NCBI GenBank assembly: GCA_964450535.1
Contig: CAYVDE010000001.1
Coordinates: forward strand, 50,567 to 114,566
From: an uncultured Desulfobacterales bacterium
GTDB taxonomy: Bacteria; Desulfobacterota; DSM-4660; Desulfatiglandales; HGW-15
Direction of reading: 5' to 3'
Length of the DNA stretch: 64,000 nucleotides
This document shows, one piece after another, positions 53,095-62,381 of the stretch. Below the pieces are notes generated by a model that did no database searches, was not told the origin of the DNA, and was given only the letters and a program-made list of their open reading frames with translations. Made by a program: the position numbers and the translations under genes. Position 1 is the stretch's first letter, and each line of letters opens with the position of its first letter.

Positions 53095-54228
53095 ATGCGG
53101 TACTTGATCCCCTTGATAGTCCTGTTGTGCACGGCTATAGGCTGTACTTCCCAGGTGCCCAAGCCCGCCACCTATCCCATGACATTTCAGCAGAAGATGC
53201 AGGCGGCCCACCACTGGGATCTCCTGGCACAAGACGTGGCCGAGCAGGTCTGGATGTGCTGCAGTGAGAGGGAAGGCTGTGAAATGGGTCACGGCCGCCC
53301 CATCTACGTTGAACCAAAACCGGGTGTCTTCGGCAAAGCATTTCGAAATCTGCTCATAGCCCATCTGGTACAGCCCAAGGTCGATGGTGTGCCGCAGTGG
53401 ACCGGATGTCTGGTGGCGGAAGAGAAAACCGAGGACAGCCTGGTCCTCCGGTACGACGTGCAGTTGATCAAACACCGGGCCAACCGGTTCAACCGGCCCA
53501 TGCCCGGCACGTTCACCGTTTTGGGCACCGGCATTTCCGTGCTGCGAAACCCCTCGTCGGGCACACTCAAGGCCCTGGGCATAGGGGCCGGAGTCCTCAC
53601 GGACCTCTGGATCGGATCTGCTGCCACCCTGCCCCATCACGAGGTAATCGTCACCACATCCATAGTGAAGGACAACCAGTACCTTTTCAGTAAGACGGAC
53701 CTTTACTACATCAACGACCCGGACTTCATGCATTACCCCACCCAGGAAACCCCAGGGGTTCTCTTCATGGTCAAAGACAACATTTGTGCGCCGGCGGATG
53801 CCTTTGCCGCAGTCAGGGATGATGACGTAGACGAGGTAGAGGAGAGAGTCGTTATCGAGAGGGTTGTGGAGGAAAAGCCCGTGCCCGGCCCCATCGTATA
53901 TTTCGAGCTCGACCGGACCGAGGTTGCATCACCTTACCAGGAGGAACTCAGGGCCTTTGCAGGCGCCATGCAGCGGCACCCGGACTATGACATCCTGGTG
54001 GTCGGTCACGCCGACACCCGCGGGACAGTGGCTTACAATGAAACACTTTCCCTCAACCGGGCCCGGGCGGTAAGGACTGTTCTCGAGTCCTATGGAATCG
54101 AGAGGCACCGCATTCACATTTACGGAAGCGGAGAGATTACGACGGTCGACCAGGACGGCAGGCACCTTCAAAGGAGCGTGAACAGAAGGACTATGGTCAA
54201 GGTCCAGGCACGGGGAGCAACGCTGTAG
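53095..54228 (+). CDS. OmpA-family lipoprotein with unknown N-terminal domain
   Basis: Lipobox LLCTAIGCTS and C-terminal OmpA domain VVGHADTRGTVAYNETLSLNRA. RBS AAGGAG. Confidence 0.8.
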   Translation: MRYLIPLIVLLCTAIGCTSQVPKPATYPMTFQQKMQAAHHWDLLAQDVAEQVWMCCSEREGCEMGHGRPIYVEPKPGVFGKAFRNLLIAHLVQPKVDGVPQWTGCLVAEEKTEDSLVLRYDVQLIKHRANRFNRPMPGTFTVLGTGISVLRNPSSGTLKALGIGAGVLTDLWIGSAATLPHHEVIVTTSIVKDNQYLFSKTDLYYINDPDFMHYPTQETPGVLFMVKDNICAPADAFAAVRDDDVDEVEERVVIERVVEEKPVPGPIVYFELDRTEVASPYQEELRAFAGAMQRHPDYDILVVGHADTRGTVAYNETLSLNRARAVRTVLESYGIERHRIHIYGSGEITTVDQDGRHLQRSVNRRTMVKVQARGATL

Positions 54229-54274
54229 TAAAGAGGCGTTCAGGCATCACACGATTTCTCAATAGGGGATTGCA

Positions 54275-54820
54275 ATGAAAAGGTGGTCATGGGCCTGTTT
54301 CTTCCTTTTGGCATTCATGGGCTGCGCAGGCGGATACGATGGTGTTTACAGCCCTAAGCAGAACTGCATGGATCTGATGAAGGGCGATCTCTGTAAAACG
54401 GCGTATGTAATCACCGATACTCTCATTAATAACGCCCAGACCCCTCTGAGCCTGGAGCAAATTATTCTGGTTTCCTGCTTCGTGGACGTGAACAACGTGG
54501 AAAGGACCTCCAGCTTCGGCAGAATGCTGGCGGAGCAAATGGCTTCACGACTTGCCCAGAACGGATACATGGTAGTGGAGATGAAGCTGAGGACTTCCCT
54601 CTACATCAAGGAGCGGGAGGGCGAATTCCTTCTCTCCCGGAGGCTCAAGGACATCCAAAAGGCCCATGATGCCCAGGCGGTGGTGGTGGGCACGTACATG
54701 GTTTCTCCCAAGGACCTTTATCTATCGGCCCGGATTGTTCGCGCCCAGGACGCCAAGATCATTTCCTCCTGCGATGCGAAGATCCCTCTGACTGAAGATC
54801 TCAAGGCCACCCTTTGGTAA
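54275..54820 (+). CDS. small lipoprotein, FlgO/LpoB-like fold suspected
   Basis: Lipobox LLAFMGCAG. The pattern ILVSCFVDVNN...SSFGRMLAEQMASRLAQNGY resembles FlgO-family proteins, judged from memory only. Confidence 0.45.
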   Translation: MKRWSWACFFLLAFMGCAGGYDGVYSPKQNCMDLMKGDLCKTAYVITDTLINNAQTPLSLEQIILVSCFVDVNNVERTSSFGRMLAEQMASRLAQNGYMVVEMKLRTSLYIKEREGEFLLSRRLKDIQKAHDAQAVVVGTYMVSPKDLYLSARIVRAQDAKIISSCDAKIPLTEDLKATLW

Positions 54821-54890
54821 GCAGACCCTTTGTATACTCTACCTCGACCCCCCCACATGAATTGTCATTGTAGATCAGGATAGCAGGCCC

Positions 54891-56381
54891 ATGGAAAACC
54901 AAACCACGGACATCAGCCCGGAATGCCCTTCCCGACTGCTGGATCTGATGCTGGACGTGGTGCTGGAAGTCATGCGTGCGGAATGCGGCTCCATCATGCT
55001 TCTGGACGACAAAGGGGAGGAGCTGACCGTCCGCACCGCCCGCGGCCTGCGCAGGGAGATCATACGGAAAGCGCGAACCCGCCTCGGCTGCGGAGTGGCG
55101 GGCAAGGTTGCCCAAAGCGGTAGTTCCGTCCTGCTCCAGGGAAACAGGGGCGATCTCAAGCTCGATATCCGCGCCGAGGACCTGGTGAACCCTGAGATCC
55201 ACACCTCCTATGTGATGCCCATCAGGCTGAACGAGAGATCCATCGGCACTGTCAACGTCAATGCCAACCAGCCGGACCATGAGATTCGAGCGGAAAAAGA
55301 GGCCCTGGTTCAGGGAATCGTCTACCGCTTCATGGAATACCTTGGTCAGGCCGAGATCCCCCCTGCCCCATCCGAGCCCCCGTCCCAGCTTTACATGATG
55401 AACGTCTTCCGAGAGTACAGCATGCTGCGCCAGGTGCGCTCGGTGTTCGATTTCCTCTTCGAGCTGGTGGCCGGTCTTCTTGGGACTCCGAGAAAAGGGC
55501 TCTTCCTCATGAAAGACCAGGAAGGCGGTTTCTTTGATCTGGTCATGGGCTACGGCATCGAGACGGAAAACTACCATGGAATTTACGAGGCACTCATTCC
55601 ACGTATCAAGGAAGCGCCTCTTCCGCCTGAGAGCGGCATTCAGATCATCCACCGCAGTCTCCTTTGCAAGGAGCCCATCCCGTTCTGCCCTGAGACCTTC
55701 TATGTCCTGATCCCAATCTCATGGGGCGGCCGGCTTCAGGGTCTCCTTCTAATCATGACCCATGAAGAGGTCGCTGTGGAGGCATCTACCCAGGAGTTGC
55801 TGGAGTCGATCTGCAGGTCCGCAGGCAAGATCATCGAGGAGTCGGGCACGGACCGCAAGTTCCAGGACCTTTCCCAGACGGACAGCCTGACAGGCACTTA
55901 CAACTACGGACTGTGGTGGAAACGGGTCAACGAAGAGATGTACCGGATACAGAGGGCTCAGGAGGGTAGCCTGTCGGTGATCGTACTGGACATCGACCGG
56001 CTGGAAAGGTTCAACCGATCCCACGGCTACCTGGCCGGAGACCACCTGCTCAGGGTGATGGCGGATAGGATCAAGGATACCCTTCGTACGAGTGATATCG
56101 TGGGCAGGATCGGCGGAGACGAGTTCGGCATCGCCCTTCCAGGCGCCGGCATTGACCAGGCAGAAGGGGTTGCGCAAAGGATACTGCAGGTAGCCAAAGG
56201 AATTCCTGCGGAAATGAACATCGAGCCGGCCCATCCTTTAACCTTCAGTGGAGGCGTATCCTGTTTCCCCGGCGATGCTGATACACCTGAACGCCTCGTC
56301 GAACAGGCCAAGACCGCCCTGGTCTCATCGAAGATACTGGGAGGTGATCGAATAAAGCGTTTCCAGCCCGGCGGGCAATAA
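54891..56381 (+). CDS. GAF-domain diguanylate cyclase (GGDEF)
   Basis: GAF-like AECGSIMLLDDKGEELTVRTARG. GGDEF active site RIGGDEFGIALPG. Confidence 0.85.
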   Translation: MENQTTDISPECPSRLLDLMLDVVLEVMRAECGSIMLLDDKGEELTVRTARGLRREIIRKARTRLGCGVAGKVAQSGSSVLLQGNRGDLKLDIRAEDLVNPEIHTSYVMPIRLNERSIGTVNVNANQPDHEIRAEKEALVQGIVYRFMEYLGQAEIPPAPSEPPSQLYMMNVFREYSMLRQVRSVFDFLFELVAGLLGTPRKGLFLMKDQEGGFFDLVMGYGIETENYHGIYEALIPRIKEAPLPPESGIQIIHRSLLCKEPIPFCPETFYVLIPISWGGRLQGLLLIMTHEEVAVEASTQELLESICRSAGKIIEESGTDRKFQDLSQTDSLTGTYNYGLWWKRVNEEMYRIQRAQEGSLSVIVLDIDRLERFNRSHGYLAGDHLLRVMADRIKDTLRTSDIVGRIGGDEFGIALPGAGIDQAEGVAQRILQVAKGIPAEMNIEPAHPLTFSGGVSCFPGDADTPERLVEQAKTALVSSKILGGDRIKRFQPGGQ

Positions 56382-57770
56382 ATGCCTATGCTTTCCCTGC
56401 GAACCACATCGGGTACACTCTCCCTCCTGCTGGTGGACGTTCTGGCATCTTACGTTCCCCTGGCACTGGTATTACCTCATCTGCAAGGCGCCCCCGAATG
56501 GATGATACTCTCCTCGCTTAAGGGAAACCTTCTGATCTTCTCCTTTGTAGCCGTGATAATCGGGTTCATGGCCCTAAACCGCCTCTACTCCTTTTTTGCT
56601 TACAATTGCAGGCCCACCGAGCTGCTGGGCGGGTTCCTGCCGGCCTTCTTTCTCTCCATCTTGACCGTTTCCTTCTTGTGTCAGATGACCGGTTTCTCTC
56701 TGTGGATCCGATGGCACTTGCTCCCTCCCGTGGGACACACCTTTCTTGTCTTGTTCATCATCCGTTACTTCGTGTTTTACGGTATGGAGAAAAACCGCGA
56801 GAGGATCCTGATTCTAGGGGCCACTGAACAGGCCCGCCAGGTGATTGAAAAGGCAAAGGAGAAGGGATACCGTGGATACGAGATCGTGGGCCTGGCCTCC
56901 AGCCGGGAATTCAAGGCCGGAGAGGCTTTCCACGGGCGGCCTGTACTGGGGAACCTGGAACGGCTTCGGGAAATCATAGAGACACACGCCATTGACAGCA
57001 TCGTGGTCACTTTGCGGGATCGGCGTGGACAGCTTCCCGTTCATGAGCTTCTCAGCCTGAAGCTGTCCGAAGTCCGCATCTACGAGGGTCATGAGTTCTA
57101 CGAGAAGGTTATGCGAAAGATGATGATCGACGAGTTCTTCAAACCCAGCGCCATCGTCTTTGAAAAAGGCTTTGTCCTCAACCCCGTTCACAAGTCCGTC
57201 AAGCGGATACAGGGGCTTTTAGTGTCGTTTGTTCTGCTTGTCATATTCTCGCCCCTGCTCTTGCTGATTGCTCTCTTGATCAAGATCGACTCCCCGGGCC
57301 CCGTGCTCTATCGCCAGGATCGCGTAGGCCTCAAAGGCCGTGTGTTTCAACTCCTCAAGTTTCGATCCATGGTTCAAAACGCTGAGACACAGGAGCAGCC
57401 GGTGTTCACCCAGGAGAACGATCCCCGTGTGACACGCATAGGGCGCATGCTCCGCAAGCTGCGGCTGGACGAGGTCCCCCAGTTCATCAACATCTTCAAG
57501 GGAGACATGGACCTGGTGGGTCCGAGACCGGAACGCCCGTTTTTCACAGAGCAGCTTCAGGAGCGCATCCCTTACTATGGACTCCGGCACAGCATCCGCC
57601 CCGGCCTCACCGGCTGGGCCCAGATAATGCACCCTTACGGCGACACCCTGGCGCATGGGGAGGAAAAGCTCAAGTACGACCTCTACTATCTCAAGCACTA
57701 CTCCTGGTATATGGACTCGGTCATCATCTTTCTGACAATAAAGGAGGTCCTTTACGCAAAGGGCCGCTGA
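56382..57770 (+). CDS. polyprenyl-phosphate glycosyl-1-phosphate transferase (EpsB/WbaP-like initiating sugar transferase)
   Basis: Four or five N-terminal TM helices. C-terminal bacterial sugar-transferase domain: PGPVLYRQDRVGLKGRVFQLLKFRSM and DEVPQFINIFKGDMDLVGPRPERP. Confidence 0.85.
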   Translation: MPMLSLRTTSGTLSLLLVDVLASYVPLALVLPHLQGAPEWMILSSLKGNLLIFSFVAVIIGFMALNRLYSFFAYNCRPTELLGGFLPAFFLSILTVSFLCQMTGFSLWIRWHLLPPVGHTFLVLFIIRYFVFYGMEKNRERILILGATEQARQVIEKAKEKGYRGYEIVGLASSREFKAGEAFHGRPVLGNLERLREIIETHAIDSIVVTLRDRRGQLPVHELLSLKLSEVRIYEGHEFYEKVMRKMMIDEFFKPSAIVFEKGFVLNPVHKSVKRIQGLLVSFVLLVIFSPLLLLIALLIKIDSPGPVLYRQDRVGLKGRVFQLLKFRSMVQNAETQEQPVFTQENDPRVTRIGRMLRKLRLDEVPQFINIFKGDMDLVGPRPERPFFTEQLQERIPYYGLRHSIRPGLTGWAQIMHPYGDTLAHGEEKLKYDLYYLKHYSWYMDSVIIFLTIKEVLYAKGR

Positions 57771-57864
57771 TCCCCGCCTCCTTTTTCAGGGAGAAGTCAA
57801 TGCCGGGGAGGTGGAGTGCACGTGTTACCATATGAAGCGATAGGATAAACGATAAACAAAAACA

Positions 57865-57892
57865 TTGACAATTGAGAAGGTTAGCTTACAAT
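57865..57892 (+). promoter_or_regulatory. near-consensus sigma70 promoter (TTGACA-16-TACAAT) in an AT-rich gap
   Basis: Read directly. It lies 73 nt upstream of the parA-like ATG and is preceded by a GATAAAC GATAAAC direct repeat. Confidence 0.5.
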
Positions 57893-57964
57893 CGAAAAAA
57901 TTTGACTCGTATCAATACAAGTTTTTTAAAACCCGGCACCCTTCCATGCCTCAGGTAATTCCCC

Positions 57965-58774
57965 ATGACGGGACTCGTCATCTCTGTGGTCAACAACAAA
58001 GGAGGCGTGGGCAAGACGACGCTTTCCTGCAATCTGGGCGCCGCGCTCAGCCGGCTGAAGCAGCGTGTCCTGGTTGTGGACCTGGACTCCCAGTGCAACA
58101 CGAGCGGCATCCTTCTTCCCGGGGACATGGACGTGCAAAACTCCATATATGAACTCCTCAACCCCGATGCCGAGGAAGCGGTGCCGGTGGAAAGATGTGT
58201 TTATCCCTCCAAATACAAGGGACTGCAATGCCTGCCCAATGTGGAGGAGACCTCAGGACTGGAAATGGACCTGATCGCGCATTTCCCCGAGAGCCTGAAG
58301 TTTCTGCGAAACAAGCTCAGGGAATTCGCAAAAGAACACTTTGACTTCACCCTCATAGACAATCCCCCTAACATGGGGACATTTGTGGCGAACTCCCTTT
58401 ATGCCAGCGATCTGGTAATCGTTCCCATCGATGCTGGTTCTTCCTACAGCATCGACGGCCTCAGAAAGGCCCTGGAGCTGATCTCCAGCGTTCAGAAATC
58501 CGGCAACGCCGACCTTAAATTCCTCCGGTTGCTGCTGAACCGGGTGGACCTTCGCAGAAGCATCAGCAGGATCCTTCTTCACGACGTCACGCAGCGTTTT
58601 GGCCAAGACGAGCTGTTTGAGACGATCATCCCTTTCAGCAGCATGTTCCAGGAAGCCGAGTATGTTAAGAAGACTATTTTTGCCTATTACCCCACATCAA
58701 GAGCTGCCCAGTCTTATCGTAAACTGGCCAAAGAAATGCTTTCTTTGTGTGAATCCGAGTTTGGGGAAGAGTAA
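57965..58774 (+). CDS. ParA/MinD-family ATPase
   Basis: Deviant Walker A NNKGGVGKTT and LVVDLDSQ. Confidence 0.8.
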   Translation: MTGLVISVVNNKGGVGKTTLSCNLGAALSRLKQRVLVVDLDSQCNTSGILLPGDMDVQNSIYELLNPDAEEAVPVERCVYPSKYKGLQCLPNVEETSGLEMDLIAHFPESLKFLRNKLREFAKEHFDFTLIDNPPNMGTFVANSLYASDLVIVPIDAGSSYSIDGLRKALELISSVQKSGNADLKFLRLLLNRVDLRRSISRILLHDVTQRFGQDELFETIIPFSSMFQEAEYVKKTIFAYYPTSRAAQSYRKLAKEMLSLCESEFGEE

Positions 58775-58811
58775 GGAATATAGTTGAATTCAAAGAAGAC
58801 AAAGATTATCA

Positions 58812-59792
58812 TTGCCTATTCAAGTCGTAGAATCCATGTACGTCGACTCACGCTGCAAAAGCCTGTTACCGGCTCTCTTAGGCCCGCAGCCTGACACTCG
58901 AAACCCGAAACCGGCAGTTGCCATGAGAGACCCTCGGCGAAAAGGCTTGGCGGACCGCATTCTAGAGTCGGGAAACGGCGTCCAATCCAGCCTGGATGAG
59001 GCCTCCCGGCTCCTCAAGAATGATGTGGCCAAGGCAGGCCCCAGGAACCAGCCCGCTCCGCCGCCGCCTGAAGCAGGGGTTGTCCCAGGACCTCCGCCGG
59101 GCAAACCCGAGAGCCCGCCCCCCGCCACGAACGGACTTATCAAGCGAGCCTATAACTACGCGGAGGTCCACCGGCTAAGGGAAAAGATAGTGTCAGCACT
59201 CAGGGAACGGGGGCAGAAAACCGTACTGGCCACAGGGCCCCATGACAATTCCGGCACATCCACAATCATGGCCCTTCTGGCATACAACGCCGCGTTCTAC
59301 ACCGGCATGAACATCCTCCTGGCGGACCTGAACATGCGCAATCCCAGCCTTCATAAGCATTTCGGAAAGCACATGGACAATGGGTTCAGGGAAACCGCTA
59401 CCGGCCTCGTCAAATGGCAGGACACCTTAAAGGAGACCGACCTGCCCAGGCTCAAGCTCATCACCGCGGGCGAATATGACGGTGAGCTGTTTCCCTTTAT
59501 CAACCGCCCGTTCCTGGAGCAATGGCTCAACGAGCTTAAAGAGACATTTGACATCCTGTTCCTGGATACCTCTCCGGTCCTCCTGGAAAACCGGAACAAC
59601 GTGGACCCGGTGCTACTGAGCCTGATCGGCGACATGACTCTCTTAGTGGTCCAGGACAAAAAAACACGAAAAGCCGATCTCAGAGAAGCGGCAAGGTCCA
59701 TAACAGAGGGCGGAGGAAGGATAGAAGGCGTTGTCTACAACCAGCAATTCCAGGGGATCCTCCTGCCGTTGAAACGAGGCGCTAAAGGGTAA
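58812..59792 (+). CDS. BY-kinase-like (CapB/Wzc C-domain-like) protein with degenerate Walker A and a Pro-rich N-terminus
   Basis: LATGPHDNSGTSTIMALLAYNAA...ILLADLNMRNPSLHKHFG aligns to the BY-kinase P-loop region but lacks the GK[ST] lysine. There is no C-terminal Tyr cluster. TTG 58812 or ATG 58836 as start. Confidence 0.55.
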   Translation: MPIQVVESMYVDSRCKSLLPALLGPQPDTRNPKPAVAMRDPRRKGLADRILESGNGVQSSLDEASRLLKNDVAKAGPRNQPAPPPPEAGVVPGPPPGKPESPPPATNGLIKRAYNYAEVHRLREKIVSALRERGQKTVLATGPHDNSGTSTIMALLAYNAAFYTGMNILLADLNMRNPSLHKHFGKHMDNGFRETATGLVKWQDTLKETDLPRLKLITAGEYDGELFPFINRPFLEQWLNELKETFDILFLDTSPVLLENRNNVDPVLLSLIGDMTLLVVQDKKTRKADLREAARSITEGGGRIEGVVYNQQFQGILLPLKRGAKG

Positions 59793-60853
59793 TGGAAGAA
59801 AAACAATCCCAATTGGACATCACTCTCTACCTGGCCAAGTACCTGACCCCGGTCTTGGAGCGGAAGTGGGTTGTGTTGACGTGCATTGTACTGGCGCTGA
59901 TAGCCGCCTCATTGCTCAGCTTCCTGATCCCGCCTCAATACACCAGTAAGGCCTCAGTCCTGGTGGAGCAACCTCGAACCATTATTTCCATGGCCCGGGG
60001 CGGCGAAGAGGGTGTGACCCCCCCAAGACCTCGAGAAGGGTACGTTTATTCCGAGGCGGAAAAACTAAGGAGTTCCCTGTTCGCAGCGGAAGTCCTCAAG
60101 ACCCTTCCTGAAAGGGTCAGAAACGACCTGCGTTATTCGGTGGATTTAGGTCCCGTGCTCAAGGCCCGTATCAAAAGGCTCCTCGGCCTCGGCAGAAACG
60201 CCGAGGCCAGGGTTTTTCAGGGTTCTCAACTGCTGTATCAGATGACAAGGCGCGTGGATGTACAGGTAAAGCCAGGGCCCTCAATTATCGAGGTTTCCGC
60301 CCTGTCCCTGGACAAGGACGTTGCCCCTGTTATCGTTAATCGATATATCGATGTCTGGCTGGCGGAAAATCTGCAGGAAAACCAGAGAGAGGTCAGGGCC
60401 CAGCGGGCATTTGTCTTTGAAGAGAGAAACAAGGCCTTTCAGGGATTCAAAGACGCGGAACAGGCCCTGACTGAGTTCAGGACCAAACACGAACTCCCGG
60501 CGGACATAGAGGTCTTGAGGGACGCCCGGCTCCAGCTGGAGTTAAACGAATTGAAGAGAAATCTATCCGAGGCAAAGGACCGCTTTGAGCGCATGGAGCA
60601 GAGGTACCTCGAATCCCGGGTCAAGGAGGCCGGTGTGGTGGGAAACATCAAGGTCCTGGATGCACCTTCCTCTGTGTTACCCATTGTCAAGCCACTGATC
60701 AGGCGGATTTTTTTTATCGGCGCGCTTTTCGGTCTGGCTCTGGGTGTGGGATTAGCCCTCCTGCCCGAATTCATTCGGTCCCCGATACGTCATGAGAACG
60801 ACATAACATCTGCGGTGGGCTATCCGGTCCTCGGACACATACCAAAACTGTGA
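59792..60853 (+). CDS. Wzz-type polysaccharide chain-length determinant
   Basis: N-terminal TM (VVLTCIVLALIAASLL), a long coiled-coil periplasmic region and a C-terminal TM (FFIGALFGLALGVGLALLPEF). Confidence 0.7.
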   Translation: MEEKQSQLDITLYLAKYLTPVLERKWVVLTCIVLALIAASLLSFLIPPQYTSKASVLVEQPRTIISMARGGEEGVTPPRPREGYVYSEAEKLRSSLFAAEVLKTLPERVRNDLRYSVDLGPVLKARIKRLLGLGRNAEARVFQGSQLLYQMTRRVDVQVKPGPSIIEVSALSLDKDVAPVIVNRYIDVWLAENLQENQREVRAQRAFVFEERNKAFQGFKDAEQALTEFRTKHELPADIEVLRDARLQLELNELKRNLSEAKDRFERMEQRYLESRVKEAGVVGNIKVLDAPSSVLPIVKPLIRRIFFIGALFGLALGVGLALLPEFIRSPIRHENDITSAVGYPVLGHIPKL

Positions 60854-60884
60854 CTTTGCATGATGCCGTCATTTTGAGGGGTGT

Positions 60885-61637
60885 ATGAAGGGAATTACTA
60901 AACTAGGCCTTACTTGGCTTCTCCTGTGCTCACTTACCGTGCTTTTATGTGCCTGCGGGTCTACCCCCTCCACCCTGTCCTCACGAGCCTCCAGGGTACG
61001 TCTCATATCCGCTGTTCAGGCCCATGAAGTTGAAAACCGGTGTGTGTTTCTGGGCAATGTCACGGGCTCTTCCAGGGGCGCCCTGGGAGGGTTGAGGGGC
61101 TTTGTCTGGAAGGAAAGCTGGTGGAACTACAACAGCCACACACTGAACGAGCTTCTGGACAACGCGGCGGAACTCGGAGCAACCCATGTCTTTGTTAACC
61201 TGGGAAACAGCCTGGAATTGAGAGGTGAGGCCTACCGCTGCGCCTATTGCCGGCTGCCGGACGGCAACCCGGATCACGGATACTGCCGAACGCCCACAGG
61301 AGAACCGGATGTGAATCTCTGCGTGGACACCGAAGGCAACGAGATCGGCACGCCTTACTGCGACGGGGCCGAAGGAGATACCCCCATGGAGTGCAGGATC
61401 AATGGGGGAAAATGGGTGCCGGCCATTTCCCAGGCAAGGTGTGAGGCCGAAGGGCACATGTGGATACCCAAGGCCGAGGACCAAACCGCATGCGAGGCCC
61501 GAGGTGGAATATGGATTCCCGAGGCCACTGACAGGATCTCCTGCGAGGCCAAGGGAGGTGACTGGGTCATAGACAAGGAGATCCTCCGCCTGGCCCCGTC
61601 AGCCGCAGCAGGCAAGGATGAAGAGGAAGAGCCGTAA
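60885..61637 (+). CDS. lipoprotein: DUF4156-like N-domain plus four tandem 17-aa Cys/Trp repeats
   Basis: Lipobox VLLCACGS, CVFLGNVTGSS...AAELGATHVFVN, then 4 copies of CEAxGGxW[IV]P. Confidence 0.55.
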   Translation: MKGITKLGLTWLLLCSLTVLLCACGSTPSTLSSRASRVRLISAVQAHEVENRCVFLGNVTGSSRGALGGLRGFVWKESWWNYNSHTLNELLDNAAELGATHVFVNLGNSLELRGEAYRCAYCRLPDGNPDHGYCRTPTGEPDVNLCVDTEGNEIGTPYCDGAEGDTPMECRINGGKWVPAISQARCEAEGHMWIPKAEDQTACEARGGIWIPEATDRISCEAKGGDWVIDKEILRLAPSAAAGKDEEEEP

Positions 61638-61650
61638 TACAGGAGTCAAG

Positions 61651-62271
61651 ATGCAAAGCATTCTCAGGATTGCCGTTTGTCTCGGTTTTCTGTGCGCCGT
61701 ACTTGCAGTGCCTGCAGGCTGCGGGGGTAAGGGGCACAAGATTTATTATGAGCCCTCCTACAAGGACCGATTCTACACGCCCGAAAAAATCCATATTCGA
61801 CCGGGCCTCATTCAGAAGCCCGAGTTCGAGATATGCAAGCAGGTAACCGTCCTCAATGTCCAGCCCAGCCAGGAACAGGTGCTCATCGGGGCCTACACCC
61901 ACAAGTGGTACGCCAACCTTCATCGATGGACCGACACGGCGGTGGGGGTTACCAAGCAGGAGTTGAGAACCCGCGAAGTAGCCGTGACAAAAAGGGCCCC
62001 CAAAGTCCTTAAGCTTGCCGTGACCAAGGCTGAACTCTTTTGGGAATTCTGGAAGGTGGGATGCAAACTGGACCTGCAAGTGGTCACAGGCGACGGTTAT
62101 GTAATCAACTTTGACGCGTCCAGCAAATCCACGGACCTGTATGACGCCTGTGACAGCGCCATGACCAGGGCGGTTGCCGACATGTTCGACCATGATGCAG
62201 TGCGCGACTACCTGACCTGTCCCGATCCCGCTGATTCCGATTGCATACCGCCTCCTCCCCCATGCCAATGA
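61651..62271 (+). CDS. lipoprotein of unknown function
   Basis: Lipobox AVPAGCGG and RBS AGGAG at 61641. C-terminal CIPPPPPCQ. Confidence 0.5.
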   Translation: MQSILRIAVCLGFLCAVLAVPAGCGGKGHKIYYEPSYKDRFYTPEKIHIRPGLIQKPEFEICKQVTVLNVQPSQEQVLIGAYTHKWYANLHRWTDTAVGVTKQELRTREVAVTKRAPKVLKLAVTKAELFWEFWKVGCKLDLQVVTGDGYVINFDASSKSTDLYDACDSAMTRAVADMFDHDAVRDYLTCPDPADSDCIPPPPPCQ

Positions 62272-62305
62272 TTCAGGTACGAAACCGGTTGCCCATTGAA
62301 TACGG

Positions 62306-62346
62306 CGAAAAAAGGGCAAGGTCCAAGGACCTTGCCCTTTTTTTAT
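62306..62346. terminator. bidirectional rho-independent terminator
   Basis: AAAAAAGGGCAAGGTCC/GGACCTTGCCCTTTTTTT: a perfect GC-rich stem flanked by an A-run and a T-run, between convergent genes. Confidence 0.8.
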
Positions 62347-62381
62347 GACAGTTTTTCTTGCTTCCAGAAAGCCCGCTACGA

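Noticed and set aside
57935-57949. Sigma54-like GGCAC...TGC element upstream of the parA-like gene
   Set aside because: The GG-to-GC spacing is 11 nt rather than the strict 10. The element also sits too close to the ATG (57965) to leave room for a leader and RBS.
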